Source: Macrostomum lignano
Taxonomy: Eukaryota
DNA length: 64,000 nucleotides
NCBI GenBank assembly: GCA_002269645.1
Contig: NIVC01003073.1
Location: forward strand, 1-64,000
Reading direction: 5' to 3'
The position numbers were made by a program, and so were the translations under genes. The notes under the pieces were generated by a model, which was given only the letters and a program-made list of their open reading frames with translations, did no database searches and was not told the DNA's origin. Of the stretch, positions 1-9,973 are shown piece by piece; positions within the stretch are counted from its first letter, which is position 1; each line of letters begins with the position of its first letter.

Positions 1-346
1 GCGTCGCCTTAAATAACGAGTAAAAAGGGGCAGGGGCGCAAACAAGGGGGGAGAAAGGGCTTAAACAATGGAGCTGATTGACAGCTGATTGGCTGCGGCG
101 AGGGGAGGGTGGAAGCGCGCACGGCCAGGGAGAGAGAGAGAGCAGAGGCCCAGCCAATCAGCACGGCTAGCCAAAGGCTAAACAGCCAAGGCGAGAGAGA
201 GAGAGAAAGAGAGCAGAGGCTCAGCCAAAGGGCTCATAGCTCCAGACTGGCTTGAGCCGGGGGGGGGGTAACAATAATCAACTACCAAAGTCAACAACTA
301 TCAAAGTGCACTTGCACCAGGGAGCACTGTGACACAGGTCACAACA
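1..346 (-). repeat. 3' LTR (partial, U3/R-proximal part)
   Basis: Matches 8039-8394. The differences I see are only G-run length changes. Ends with ...GGTCACAACA at 346. Confidence 0.95.
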
Positions 347-357
347 CCCTCCCCCCT
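347..357 (-). other. Polypurine tract (PPT)
   Basis: Minus strand reads AGGGGGGAGGG immediately before the TGTTGT start of the 3' LTR. Confidence 0.9.
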
Positions 358-447
358 AAAAAAAAGAAAACGACGCGCTTTGACTGAATGAAATGAAAAA
401 AAAAAATGTAATGAAATGAAACTGAATGAAAGAGACCAAGAGTGTCA

Positions 448-990
448 GGCAGCGGCCGAGAGCGCAGGACAGGGGCCGAGGATGTCGGACAGGCCGAGAA
501 CACCGGGCACGGCCGAGAATGCCGCGACTGTGGCCGAAAACGCCGGGCATGGCGAGAATGGCCGCAGCGACGAGAACGGGCAGCGGCACGCGGCCGAGAA
601 TGCCGGAGCGGCCGAGAATGCCGGGCAGCGGACCTGAGAACGCCGGGCATGGCCGAAGAACGCCGGGCATGGCCGAGAGCCGGACAGCGGCCGAGAATGC
701 CGGACAGCGACCCGAGAATGCCGGCAGCGGCCGAGAACGCCGGCATGGCCGAGAATGCCGGACAGCGGCCGAGAATGCCGGGCAGCGGCCGAGAATGCCG
801 GGCATGGCCGAGAACGCCGGGCATGGCCGAGAGTGCCGGACAGCGGCCGAGAATGCGGCAGCGCGCCGAGAATGCCGGGCAGCGACGAGAACGCCGGGCA
901 TGGCCGAGAGTGCCGGACAGCGGCCGAGAATGCCGGGCAGCGGCCGAGAATGCGGGCAACGACGAGAGCGGCCGGGCATGGCCGAGAGTG
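448..990. repeat. GC-rich degenerate tandem repeat (~19-21 bp, GGCCGAGAATGCCGGGCAGC) in the element's 3' region
   Basis: The GCCGAGAATGCCG core recurs more than 20 times. Confidence 0.9.
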
Positions 991-1371
991 TTCCCCGCCC
1001 TTCCTTCGGGGCCGCTCCCAGTGCCAAACAGAGGGATCACAACGACGATCAGAGGAGAGATGGGATGAAATGAAGGAGTGAAGGTCTCTTGCCCGCCCTG
1101 GCATCCTGCCCAGAACCCCCTAGACCGCCACCTCCGCCGCCCGCGCAACAACCCCAACACGCGTCCTCCGTCGATTAGTTCAAACTGAGGGATCGCAACA
1201 CTCATGACGAACGAGTGCTTCGCTTGAAGGCAGGCCGCCGCCCAGACACGCCGAGCATGACCCCGACACTTGGCGCTGATGTCACGGAGAATGAACTTGA
1301 CAGTCTGAGCCAAAAGCTCGGCGATTTCGCGTCGATGATCCAGCCGCTCGCTGCCGCACAGTCCCACCATT

Positions 1372-2001
1372 TCAGTCAAAAAGCCGGAACATCGCAGCTG
1401 GACTCCCCGACAACAAAGCGTGCCGAAGCTCCGACCGGATTCGAGCTCTTCGCTGCGTTGCCTCCCCGCTCCAGGTGTATTCCACCTCGGTACTCGGCTC
1501 GCTCCTCATCAGCCACGCTGGCGACTCCCGTTGGTCGATGACGAGCTCCGGTTCGTCTTCTGACATCGAAGTTTCGCCGTCGAATTCATTCAAGAGCTCT
1601 TCTTCCTCTGACTGCGTGATTTCACAGCAGCTCTGAGCAGTCTCCTCGCCGCCGCAACCACCACGCTCGCTTCCTTCCGACTCCCTGTCCTCGTCTGACT
1701 CTTCTGTTTCGTCTTCAATCGTTACGACAAACTCCTCCGGGACGCACATCCCATCCGGCGGGACAAAATACCGGGCGCACTCGAGCGGGTTGCTAACGGC
1801 ATCCTGCCCGAACCGGTCGTACAGCGCTCGTCGAAACGGACACAGCAGGACCGCACTCGCATGCTGCAGCCTCTGGAAATTCTCCGTTCCACCGGGTCCA
1901 CACTTGTCGGGGTGCCGTCGCAGGCTCTCACGGCGGTACGCACGTCGCAGCTCCTCCTCCGTCGCGAAGGGGCTGACACCAAACTCGGCGTAGAGGTCCA
2001 T
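1372..2001 (-). CDS. DnaJ/Hsp40 J-domain protein (209 aa from ATG 2001) with acidic C-terminal region, in the env position of the Gypsy element
   Basis: Residues 1-65 MDLYAEFGVSPFATEEELRRAYRRESLRRHPDKCGPGGTENFQRLQHASAVLLCPFRRALYDRFG fit the J-domain consensus D.Y..LGV...A...EIKKAYR......HPDK.....F..I..A..VL.....R..YD..G. HPD is at 1914-1906. The ORF is uninterrupted and in the same sense as gag/pol. Confidence 0.9.
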   Translation of the reverse strand: MDLYAEFGVSPFATEEELRRAYRRESLRRHPDKCGPGGTENFQRLQHASAVLLCPFRRALYDRFGQDAVSNPLECARYFVPPDGMCVPEEFVVTIEDETEESDEDRESEGSERGGCGGEETAQSCCEITQSEEEELLNEFDGETSMSEDEPELVIDQRESPAWLMRSEPSTEVEYTWSGEATQRRARIRSELRHALLSGSPAAMFRLFD

Positions 2002-2210
2002 GCCCGGAAAGCAGTGCCTGCAACAACCACGACTCACTTTTGAGAGCAGGGCAATGGTTCCTTCGAGCCTCTTTGGGGCGCCGATCCTTCATCCCTGATG
2101 GCAGGGTTGGGCAGGTGGGACCTCCACTGACGGGCCTTAAGAGGGGAAATATATATTTTTGTTTGTGAAGCAGAGGCAATAACACGAGCCCAGTTTTCAA
2201 TAACGCGGGT

Positions 2211-2352
2211 GATGACGCAGACGATGCTTCGAACCAAATGTTGATGACGCAGGTGATGACGCGGATGATGCTTCGAACCAAATGTTGATGACGCAGGTGA
2301 TGACGCGGATGATGCTTCGAACCAAATGTTGATGACGCAGGTGATGACGCGA
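2211..2352. repeat. 44-bp direct repeats (~3 copies) between pol and the J-domain ORF
   Basis: Unit GATGCTTCGAACCAAATGTTGATGACGCAGGTGATGACGCGGAT; seven TGACGC motifs in total. Confidence 0.9.
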
Positions 2353-2377
2353 CATTGCGCACGCACTCACGCCGCTC

Positions 2378-5300
2378 TTAATAATAAACGGGCGTTCCAT
2401 AACGCTGCGGAACCCTTCGATCCCTCTGGGGTCGACCTTCGATGACTTCAACTGGCGCTTCCGGCTGCGGCTGCACTCCTGGCTGCTGCACATCCATTGG
2501 TTCTCCCTCCTCTCGAACCCGCCCGGAATGTCGCCACCATCGCTCCTCATCCTCATCGTCCGATTCCTGCGAGTCCTCCCTGACGGATTCCGTCTCTTGA
2601 GCAGGACCTGGGTGGTACCTCCTTGGTGCAGGACGCCGAGGGCCACCGGTGCCGTCGACCGGGTACTTCCGGTACCGAGGCAGGAGGTTGTTAAAGTGCA
2701 CCACCTTGATCGGCTTCCGTCGACCTTCCTGTCGAATCCTATAGCGCGTCTCCGACAGCTTCTCGAGAACTACGGCAGGTCCGGTCCAGGGTGAGTGGAG
2801 CTTCGCTTTGGCACCGGCCTTCAACACGGGTTGTAGACGAACACCTCGTCGCCAGCCACGAATTCTCGACCCTTCACCTTCCGGTCGTACCAGTCTTTCT
2901 GCACTCGTTGATATGACGTTATTCTCTCACGCACCACCCGATGGGCTTCCACGAGCGTCTCCCGCAGGTTCTGGACTTCCTCGCAGTACGGTTCGATGTC
3001 CAGTGGGCGCGCCACTCCCAAGTCAACTGGCAGAGACATCTCGCGACCATGCAGAAGGAAGAAGGGTGAGTAGCCGGTGCCGCGGTGCACACTGGAGCGA
3101 TACGCCATGAGCGCCGGGGCAACGAATTCGTCCCACCGCCTCTGATCCGGCTCCTTCACCAGGTGCGCCCGGATCACTGCAGTCAGCGTCTTATTGAAGC
3201 TTTCCACTTGGCCGTTTCCAGAGGGGTGATAGGCGGTCGTACGCGTCTTTCGGATATTCAGACTTTCGCACAGCTGGCCGATCAATTGCGACTCGAAATT
3301 GGCTCCCTGATCCGAGTGGATTGTTCCTGGGGCTCCGTAGTGACAGACCCACTCCTCGAGCATTGCCCTTGCACAGGTGCTGGCCGTCTGATCTGGCACC
3401 GGTACTGCCACTGGCCACTTACTGAACGCGTCCTGCATCGTCAGTATGTATTTGTTGCCTCGGACGCTGGTTGGCAGTGGTCCAATCAAATCCACCATCA
3501 CTCTTTCAAACACATGGCTGCTGGGAATCGGCTCCAATGGGGCCTTCCGCCGCATCCCGGGCTTGCTCCGGTTACAGTCGTCACACCTTCGCACAAACTC
3601 CTCGACCTCTCGCTTCAAGCCGGGTCTCCAGAATCGGTTCCTGACTTTCTCCAGAGTCTTTGCTACGCCGAAGTGTCCACCTCCTGGTCCAGAGTGCAGC
3701 GTCTGCAGAGCGTCGGGGATCAATTTCTTCGGAGAACAGCCCGCGGTGGGTGACGTCCCAGATCCTTGATGACGAGGGTGTTGTCCACAATTTCCAGCCG
3801 AGGCTTTTGTGCCCAGATGGCTCGGGTCGTTGGTGACGCACCCCGAGGTGGCTCTTCGTTTGCTCGGCCGGCGTGCATCGACTGGTAAACTGGAGCGATG
3901 TCGTTGTCCACAGCTTGTGCTGCTGCCAGCTCATCTCGGCTGAGCAACCCGAGCAGCGTCGTTACCCTGACCCCGGGGAGGTCATCAGTCCGGCACGACG
4001 GGCAGTTATCCATTTCGGGATGTCGTCGCGGCGGCTTGCGTGACAGCGCGTCCGCATTCTGATGACGCGCCCCTGGCCGATGCTCCACTGCGAAGTCGAA
4101 TGGCGCCAACCTCTCCATCCACCGAGCCAACTGGCCTTCCGGCTGCCTCATACTTCGGAGCCACTGCAGACTTGCGTGGTCGGTGCGCACCCGGAACCTC
4201 CGGCCAAGTAGATAGTACCGGAACCTCTCTGCGAATGTCACCAGCGCCAGGAGCTCGATTCGTGTCGTGCAATAGTTGAATTCGGCCCCTTGCAGACGCC
4301 GACTCCCGTACGCAATAACCCGCTCTGACCCGTCTTCTTGTACCTGCGACAAGACTGCTCCGAGACCCTGTCGGGTACTTCCATCGGTATCCAAGATGAA
4401 CTCACCAGCCGTGGGGTCGAAGTTCGGGTAGGCCATCACGCGGCAACCGGTCAATTCTTCTTTCAGCTTTTTGAAGGCCTCATCGTGTTCCTCTCTCCAA
4501 CTGAACGGCTTGTCTTTCTTTGTCAGATCAAAAAGTGGTGCAGCGACTATCGAGAATTCTGGTATGAAGTTTCGGTAGTAACCAGCCAGACCCAGGAACG
4601 ACTGAAGGTCTTTTGCATTTCTTGGAATGCTCCAGTCACGGACTTCCTTGATCTTCTCCGGGTCGACATCGATTCCGTCCTTTGACACGACGTGGCCAAG
4701 GAATTTGACCTCATCGGCCAGGAATCTGCACTTAGATGGCTTTAGCCTCAAGTTGGCTGCGCGCAGGCGCTGGAATACCGCCTCGAGATTCGTTAGATGC
4801 TCGCTGACAGTTCGGGACCAAATGATGATATCGTCGATGTAGACGAGCGCCATTTTCCACAGAAGGTCGTGTAGTACCATATTCATCAACCTTGTGAATG
4901 TCGCCGGCGCATTGGTCAATCCGAAGGGCAGCACCTTGAACGCGAATTGCCCCCGATGCGGAATGACAAAAGCAGTCTTTTCTTGATCCTCCCTTTTGAC
5001 CTTAACTTGCCAATAGCCGGAGCAAAGGTCGAGCGTCGAAAATACAGCCGCACCTCCGAGCGCTTCAAGTGCGTCATCGACACGCGGGATTGCTATGGCG
5101 TCCTTGACAGTTCGTTGATTCAACTCTCTGTAGTCGACACACAGTCGCAGTTCCCCATTCTTCTTACGGACACAGACCACTGGCGAACTCCACGGCGATT
5201 GGGTCGGTTCAATCATCTTCGTTGCCAAAAGCTCGTCGATTTGTCGGTCGACTTCGCCGCGCCAATGTGGCGGTAGCCGTCGCGGAGGCTGTTTTACGGC

Positions 5301-6352
5301 TGTTCCGGTGGTCTCAATTTCATGCTGCACGATGTCCGTCGTCCCGAGGCGCGCTGTACTCTCTGCGAAAACATCTGCGTATCGATTCACCAATCTTAGG
5401 AAACTCGCTTTGTCTGCCCCCGTGAGCTGCTTGGAGCCGTGCTGGTTCAGTGCCGCCTCTGGGTCCCATGGATCGCAGCTGGGTCGTAAAACCGACGCTT
5501 GCTCTTCGATGCTGGCTACCAGAACCTCTTGAGCCGGATCTGATGGTCGAAACCAGCCGATGACAGCTCCCTTCCGCAGCCGCAGCTCGGAGTCCGTGAC
5601 ATTCGCGAAGTGAACTGGTAGGGTGTTGCCCTGCTGGATGAGGCAGACGCTCCTGGCTAGCATTGGTCTCTCATCGCTCTTCAGTTTTTCGTCTGGCTCG
5701 GCGACGCCGAGCACTCCGGAATTCTGTGTCGCTGTTCTCCGAATCCTGGCTGAGACGGTCCGTTCGTGATTGGCCGGAATGATCAAGTTTTCGTTCAGGT
5801 ACAACCGGCAGACGACTGGTTTGTGCTTGGTCTCTCGGATTGGCACACGTGAACCGTTCACGCGGAAAACTCCTCCGGCGAAATCGATTTGGCACCGGTG
5901 GCGGCGTAAGAAGTCGGTGCCTAGCAACAGTTCGTAGCCGACCCCTTGGACCACCGCAATTGGCGTCTGTAAAGTTTCTGATCCGAACTGTAGGGGAAGC
6001 GACGCGCATCCTAACACATTCATGGAGTTCCGTTCGCTGAGATCAGGTGGGTTTCCGAAGGGCTGAGTTCAACTCGAACCGACTTGCTCAACTGCCGCCA
6101 GGTCCTCTCGTTCACCAGCGACATGACCGAGCCCGAATCCAACAGACACGGCAACTCAATCTCGCCAATTTTTACCGACACGTAGATTGACACGGGATTA
6201 AAAGCTGTTGCAGGTTGATCTCTATCTCTTGAGCAGTCCGCCGGACATCCTGCTGCACGTCGCTCCGGGGCTGCATCTTCGTCTCGGGTTGGGGCCTCTA
6301 CTGTCTCGGCGGAACTCCCTCGCCCCTGCGGAAGTTCCCCTTGCCGTTTCCC
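2378..6352 (-). CDS. pol: pol (protease, reverse transcriptase, RNase H, integrase); split in this sequence by three 1-bp frameshifts
   Basis: PR LLDSGSVMSLV (~6140). RT LCVDYRELN, FSTLDLCSGYWQ, LPFGLTNAPATF, YIDD. RH FILDTDGS...ELLAL...RTDH. IN H-H-C-C finger (HSGPGGGH...CDDC), D-D-E core (MVDLIGP, HSDQG, GQVESFN), GPY/F-like KLHSPWTGP and C-terminal RxRRxPxRY. Frames rejoin with one added base at ~6024, ~3731 and ~2828. Confidence 0.93.
6291..6352 (-). other. -1 programmed ribosomal frameshift signal (G GGA AAC plus downstream pseudoknot)
   Basis: Slippery heptamer GGGAAAC (6352-6346) lies in the correct phase in gag, and the -1 frame stays open into the protease. After a 7-nt spacer there is a 9-bp stem GGAACUUCC/GGGAGUUCC whose loop GGGGC can pair with downstream GCCCC. 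Confidence 0.8.
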
Positions 6353-7278
6353 TGTTGCTGACGGGTTGGGCAGTTAGTCGCGATGTGCCCTGGCTTGTTG
6401 CAGAAGAAGCAGCGAATTCCTCCCGTTCGTCGAGGCTTCTGATGGTCGCCTTCGTCGGAGTCGGTCGGTCGAGCTGCGGCGCTGCTATGCGGTTCCGCTC
6501 TCAGCGACTCGAGCTGAACCACTTTGCCTTGAAGCTGCCTCACCAGTTTCTTCAACTCCTCGAGCTCTTTGTCCTTTTCTTGGGAGTAGGCTCCATCCTC
6601 CCGAGGCACAGATTCCGCCGCGCCGCTCACCACGAAGACTCCTCGGTAGCCGCTGCCAGTTGCTCCAGCCGATCTCGGTCCCTTCGCCGCCTTGGACGCC
6701 GCCTCGAGCTGCCTCACCGCGCGTTGTGCTGCCACCAGACCTTCGGGCTGCTGCAGGTAGAGCTTCTCTCGCTGGAGGTCGGAGAGTCTCACCCCTTGCA
6801 TGAAGCGATCCTTCGCGAGGTCGTCCTGCAGCTCGGCAGTTGCCGCCGGGTAGGCACAGCGCACCAGTTCAAGGAGAGCATCTGCGTAGGCCTCCAACGA
6901 CTCGCCATCCTTCTGATCTCGGGTTTTTAGCTCGACCTTGCTGTCCTGCTCTGTCCGGTACCGGGAGAAGCGAGCCTCCAACCGGGCGGTGAATCCCTCG
7001 TAGTCCAGCGGATCCACAGGATCGTCGGGTCCCGGCAGGTTCAGATTATCGACCGCAGCGTACGCCGTAGCGAGATCCAGCATGCTCATCAAGTGCTCGC
7101 GGCGATGCTCCTCGTCAATCTCGGCGGAGTCGCAATAAGCGTTGAAAGAGCGCAGCCAGAGTCGAAAATTCATGCTTGACGTGTACTTCACGGGCTTCGG
7201 GAGTCTCGGTGGCTGGGCTGGTCCATCCGCTCGCAGACGCTCGGCTAGCAGCCGAATCAGTTCGTCCACATTCGCCAT
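6298..7278 (-). CDS. gag: Gag (capsid-like domain plus CCHC zinc knuckle), 326 aa
   Basis: ATG lies 25 nt after the PBS. Contains QKDGESLEAYADALLEL (major-homology-like) and knuckle CFFCNKPGHIATNC. Confidence 0.93.
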   Translation of the reverse strand: MANVDELIRLLAERLRADGPAQPPRLPKPVKYTSSMNFRLWLRSFNAYCDSAEIDEEHRREHLMSMLDLATAYAAVDNLNLPGPDDPVDPLDYEGFTARLEARFSRYRTEQDSKVELKTRDQKDGESLEAYADALLELVRCAYPAATAELQDDLAKDRFMQGVRLSDLQREKLYLQQPEGLVAAQRAVRQLEAASKAAKGPRSAGATGSGYRGVFVVSGAAESVPREDGAYSQEKDKELEELKKLVRQLQGKVVQLESLRAEPHSSAAARPTDSDEGDHQKPRRTGGIRCFFCNKPGHIATNCPTRQQQGNGKGNFRRGEGVPPRQ

Positions 7279-7302
7279 GACAGCTCACAAGCAAACTGAG
7301 CA

Positions 7303-7320
7303 GTCCCTGTTCGGGCGCCA
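7303..7320 (-). other. Primer binding site complementary to the tRNA-Lys(UUU) 3' end
   Basis: Minus strand reads TGGCGCCCGAACAGGGAC, 1 nt inside the 5' LTR end. This is the known tRNA-Lys3 PBS 18-mer. Confidence 0.92.
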
Positions 7321-7488
7321 ATGTTGTATCCCCCTTCCTCGCTGGCACGGCCGGGTTGGGTGACGGGTAGCGGTGTCGGGGTTCGGGTACTGGACTGCCC
7401 AGGGCTTACGAGCTCGATCGGCGACCCCGAGGCGTACGGACACTTCGGGGGAGGTCAAGGTTGAGAAGTCGAGAGAGAGGGGAGGGGC

Positions 7489-7792
7489 GGCTGTGGGCGG
7501 GCGGCCACTCGACAGCCTGGTGAGTCAAGGAAGAGAGAGAGGGCTGCGGGCGGTCGGCCACTCGACAGCCTGGTGAGTCAAGGAAAAGAGAGAGGGCTGT
7601 GGGCGGGCGGCCACTCGACAGCCTGGTGAGTCAAGGAAGAGAGAGAGGGCTGCGGGCGGTCGGCCACTCGACAGCCTGGTGAGTCAAGGAAAAGAGAGAG
7701 GGCTGTGGGCGGGCGGCCACTCGACAGCCTGGTGAGTCAAGGAAGAGAGAGAGGGCTGCGGGCGGTCGGCCACTCGACAGCCTGGTGAGTCA
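7489..7792. repeat. 53-bp tandem repeat x~6 inside the LTR, alternating A/B variants, each with TGAGTCA
   Basis: CCACTC starts at 7505, 7558, 7611, 7664, 7717, 7770. TGAGTCA at 7521, 7574, 7627, 7680, 7733, 7786. Confidence 0.92.
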
Positions 7793-7977
7793 GACTGAGG
7801 AGAGAGTGAGAGAGAGAGAGATCAGGAGAGCGACCCCGAGGAACACAGGCAATTGTCTCGACAGCTTACCGGGCCGGGTCGATTATAGCACTCATACACG
7901 GGAAGGCCGATCGATTGCAATAAATTGAGTCTTCGCAGTAAGAGACCGTCTTTACGGCTGATCGCTGGTCACGTTCG

Positions 7978-8200
7978 TTTATTTATCGCGGTGGGCGCAA
8001 ATGGGCGCAGGCACGGTGAGAAAAGGGGCGGGGTCTGAGCGTCGCCTTAAATAACGAGTAAAAAGGGGCAGGGGCGCAAACAAGGGGGGGGGAGAAAGGG
8101 CTTAAACAATGGAGCTGATTGACAGCTGATTGGCTGCGGCGAGGGAGGGTGGAAGCGCGCACGGCCAGGGAGAGGGAGAGAGAGCAGAGGCCCAGCCAAT
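7978..8200 (-). promoter_or_regulatory. LTR promoter and poly(A) signals: TATTTAA (8053-8047), CCAAT boxes, AATAAA (7983-7978)
   Basis: On the minus strand the order is CCAAT boxes, TATA-like box, then AATAAA, as expected for U3-R-U5. Confidence 0.55.
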
Positions 8201-8656
8201 CAGCACGGCTAGCCAAAGGGCTAAACAGCCAAGGCGAGAGAGAGAGAGAAAGAGAGCAGAGGCTCAGCCAAAGGGCTCATAGCTCCAGACTGGCTTGAGC
8301 CGGGGGGGGGGGGGGTAACAATAATCAACTACCAAAGTCAACAACTATCAAAGTGCACTTGCACCAGGGGAGCACTGTGACACAGGTCACAACACATGTA
8401 CAGTGGGAATTGGGTGATTTAGTTTTGTGTGCAGGGGACAGGAAACTCAGTCAGACCACGGACTGTATGAAAACTGATTGAGTATCTCGGGACAAAGAAG
8501 CAACAGAAAAAGACCGAGCGTCAACTATTCAATCATCATTTCTCTCTTTTCAAGCTGCTTCAAAAATGAAAAATCGAACGTGTAAAAACATAACTTGTTT
8601 CCGCACAAGACACCCACTAGCTCCATCTAAAAATGTGTTGAAATTCATGTTTCAGG

Positions 8657-8954
8657 CGAATATCTGGAAAGCGGATTAATCTAGAGACACGATTCTTTCT
8701 GCGGGTGATACCGACTGGCACACTCTAATGATGTGTAGAGTCCCAAAAGTGAGGCTACTGATACAGCTTGGCAATTCCTGATTGATTTTCCCGGATTTGC
8801 CCATTTGAATGCATTAGAATTTTCCCGAATCGCCGCCTTCGAATATCTAGAAAGCGGATTAATCTAGAGACACGATTCTTTCTGCGGGTGATACCGACTG
8901 GCACACTCTAATGATGTGTAGAATCCCAAAGCTGAGGCTACTGATACAGCTTGG
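8657..8954. repeat. 115-bp direct repeat, 2 copies (8657-8771, 8840-8954)
   Basis: CGAATATCT...ATACAGCTTGG is duplicated with few substitutions, period 183. Confidence 0.9.
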
Positions 8955-9500
8955 AAATGTATACAAGCCTTTTGACTGTCAACTGTCACGTCACCGTGTC
9001 ATTATCTCCCGGTTGCGGTTTGGTGGGGGGAGGCTGTCAGTGTTCTCTCAATTGGCCGCCTTTCAACCAGTGGGAACAAATATTCTATAGAATTCTATAG
9101 AACTACAAAGCGATTCCATAGAAAAATCGTGTCTTTCCGTGAACCCAACTGAACCCCGACAATTTATCCCAGGAAGTCAGGATCAGGATTGGGAACGCAT
9201 CTAAACTCTAAACAATAAAGAAAAGAAAATTATATGCTAGCTAAATTTTATCCATGTTAAGTTGCTTAAGTTTCTCACTATGGATGCTTGCAGAAGGGCT
9301 GTTGCGGTACTTAGTATATCATTTGGTTCCGCAGCTAGTCACAGGTAATTCAGCCCATTCCACGGACTCGTGCACAAACACACACAGATACGTAGCTTGT
9401 ACGCAGGCAGGCAGGCACCAACTCAACAAGTGTGTACATCTGCCCCTAATTTTTTTGAGTCAGGCATTGTCATTATTAAATAGGTTCTTTCAACGGCAAG

Positions 9501-9973
9501 AGACTCAGGGAGAGAGAATCAAGAAGAGATAATCTGGGAAAAATAATCATGAAAAGAGACTCAGGGAGAGAGAATCAAGAAGAGATAATCTGGGAAAAAT
9601 AATCATGAAAAGAGACTCAGGGAGAGAGAATCAAGAAGAGATAATCTGGGAAAAATAATCATGAAAAGAGACTCAGGGAGAGAGAATCAAGAAGAGATAA
9701 TCTGGGAAAAATAATCATGAAAAGAGACTCAGGGAGAGAGAATCAAGAAGAGATAATCTGGGAAAAATAATCATGAAAAGAGACTCAGGGAGAGAGAATC
9801 AAGAAGAGATAATCTGGGAAAAATAATCATGAAAAGAGACTCAGGGAGAGAGAATCAAGAAGAGATAATCTGGGAAAAATAATCATGAAAAGAGACTCAG
9901 GGAGAGAGAATCAAGAAGAGATAATCTGGGAAAAATAATCATGAAAAGAGACTCAGGGAGAGAGAATCAAGAA
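9501..9973. repeat. 56-bp minisatellite, ~8.4 near-perfect copies
   Basis: Unit AGACTCAGGGAGAGAGAATCAAGAAGAGATAATCTGGGAAAAATAATCATGAAAAG. Confidence 0.95.

Larger units (their letters stand above)
1..8394 (-). mobile_element. Ty3/Gypsy LTR retrotransposon, near full length (3' LTR truncated by window edge), with an extra J-domain ORF
   Basis: 1-346 matches 8039-8394. LTR termini are TGTTGT...ACAACA. PBS abuts the right LTR and PPT abuts the left LTR. Domain order on the minus strand is gag(CCHC)-PR-RT-RH-IN, with IN last as in Gypsy. Confidence 0.97.
7322..8394 (-). repeat. 5' LTR (1073 bp)
   Basis: TGTTGT...ACAACA inverted termini, adjacent PBS, and match to 1-346. Confidence 0.95.

Noticed and set aside
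1560-1800. Polyomavirus T-antigen-like LxCxE Rb-binding motif after the J-domain
   Set aside because: The closest matches are LECAR and QSCCE; neither fits LxCxE.
6208-6930. 240-aa antisense ORF over gag, and similar antisense ORFs over pol and the GC-rich exons
   Set aside because: Shadow ORFs expected from GC-rich codon bias, with no recognisable motifs.
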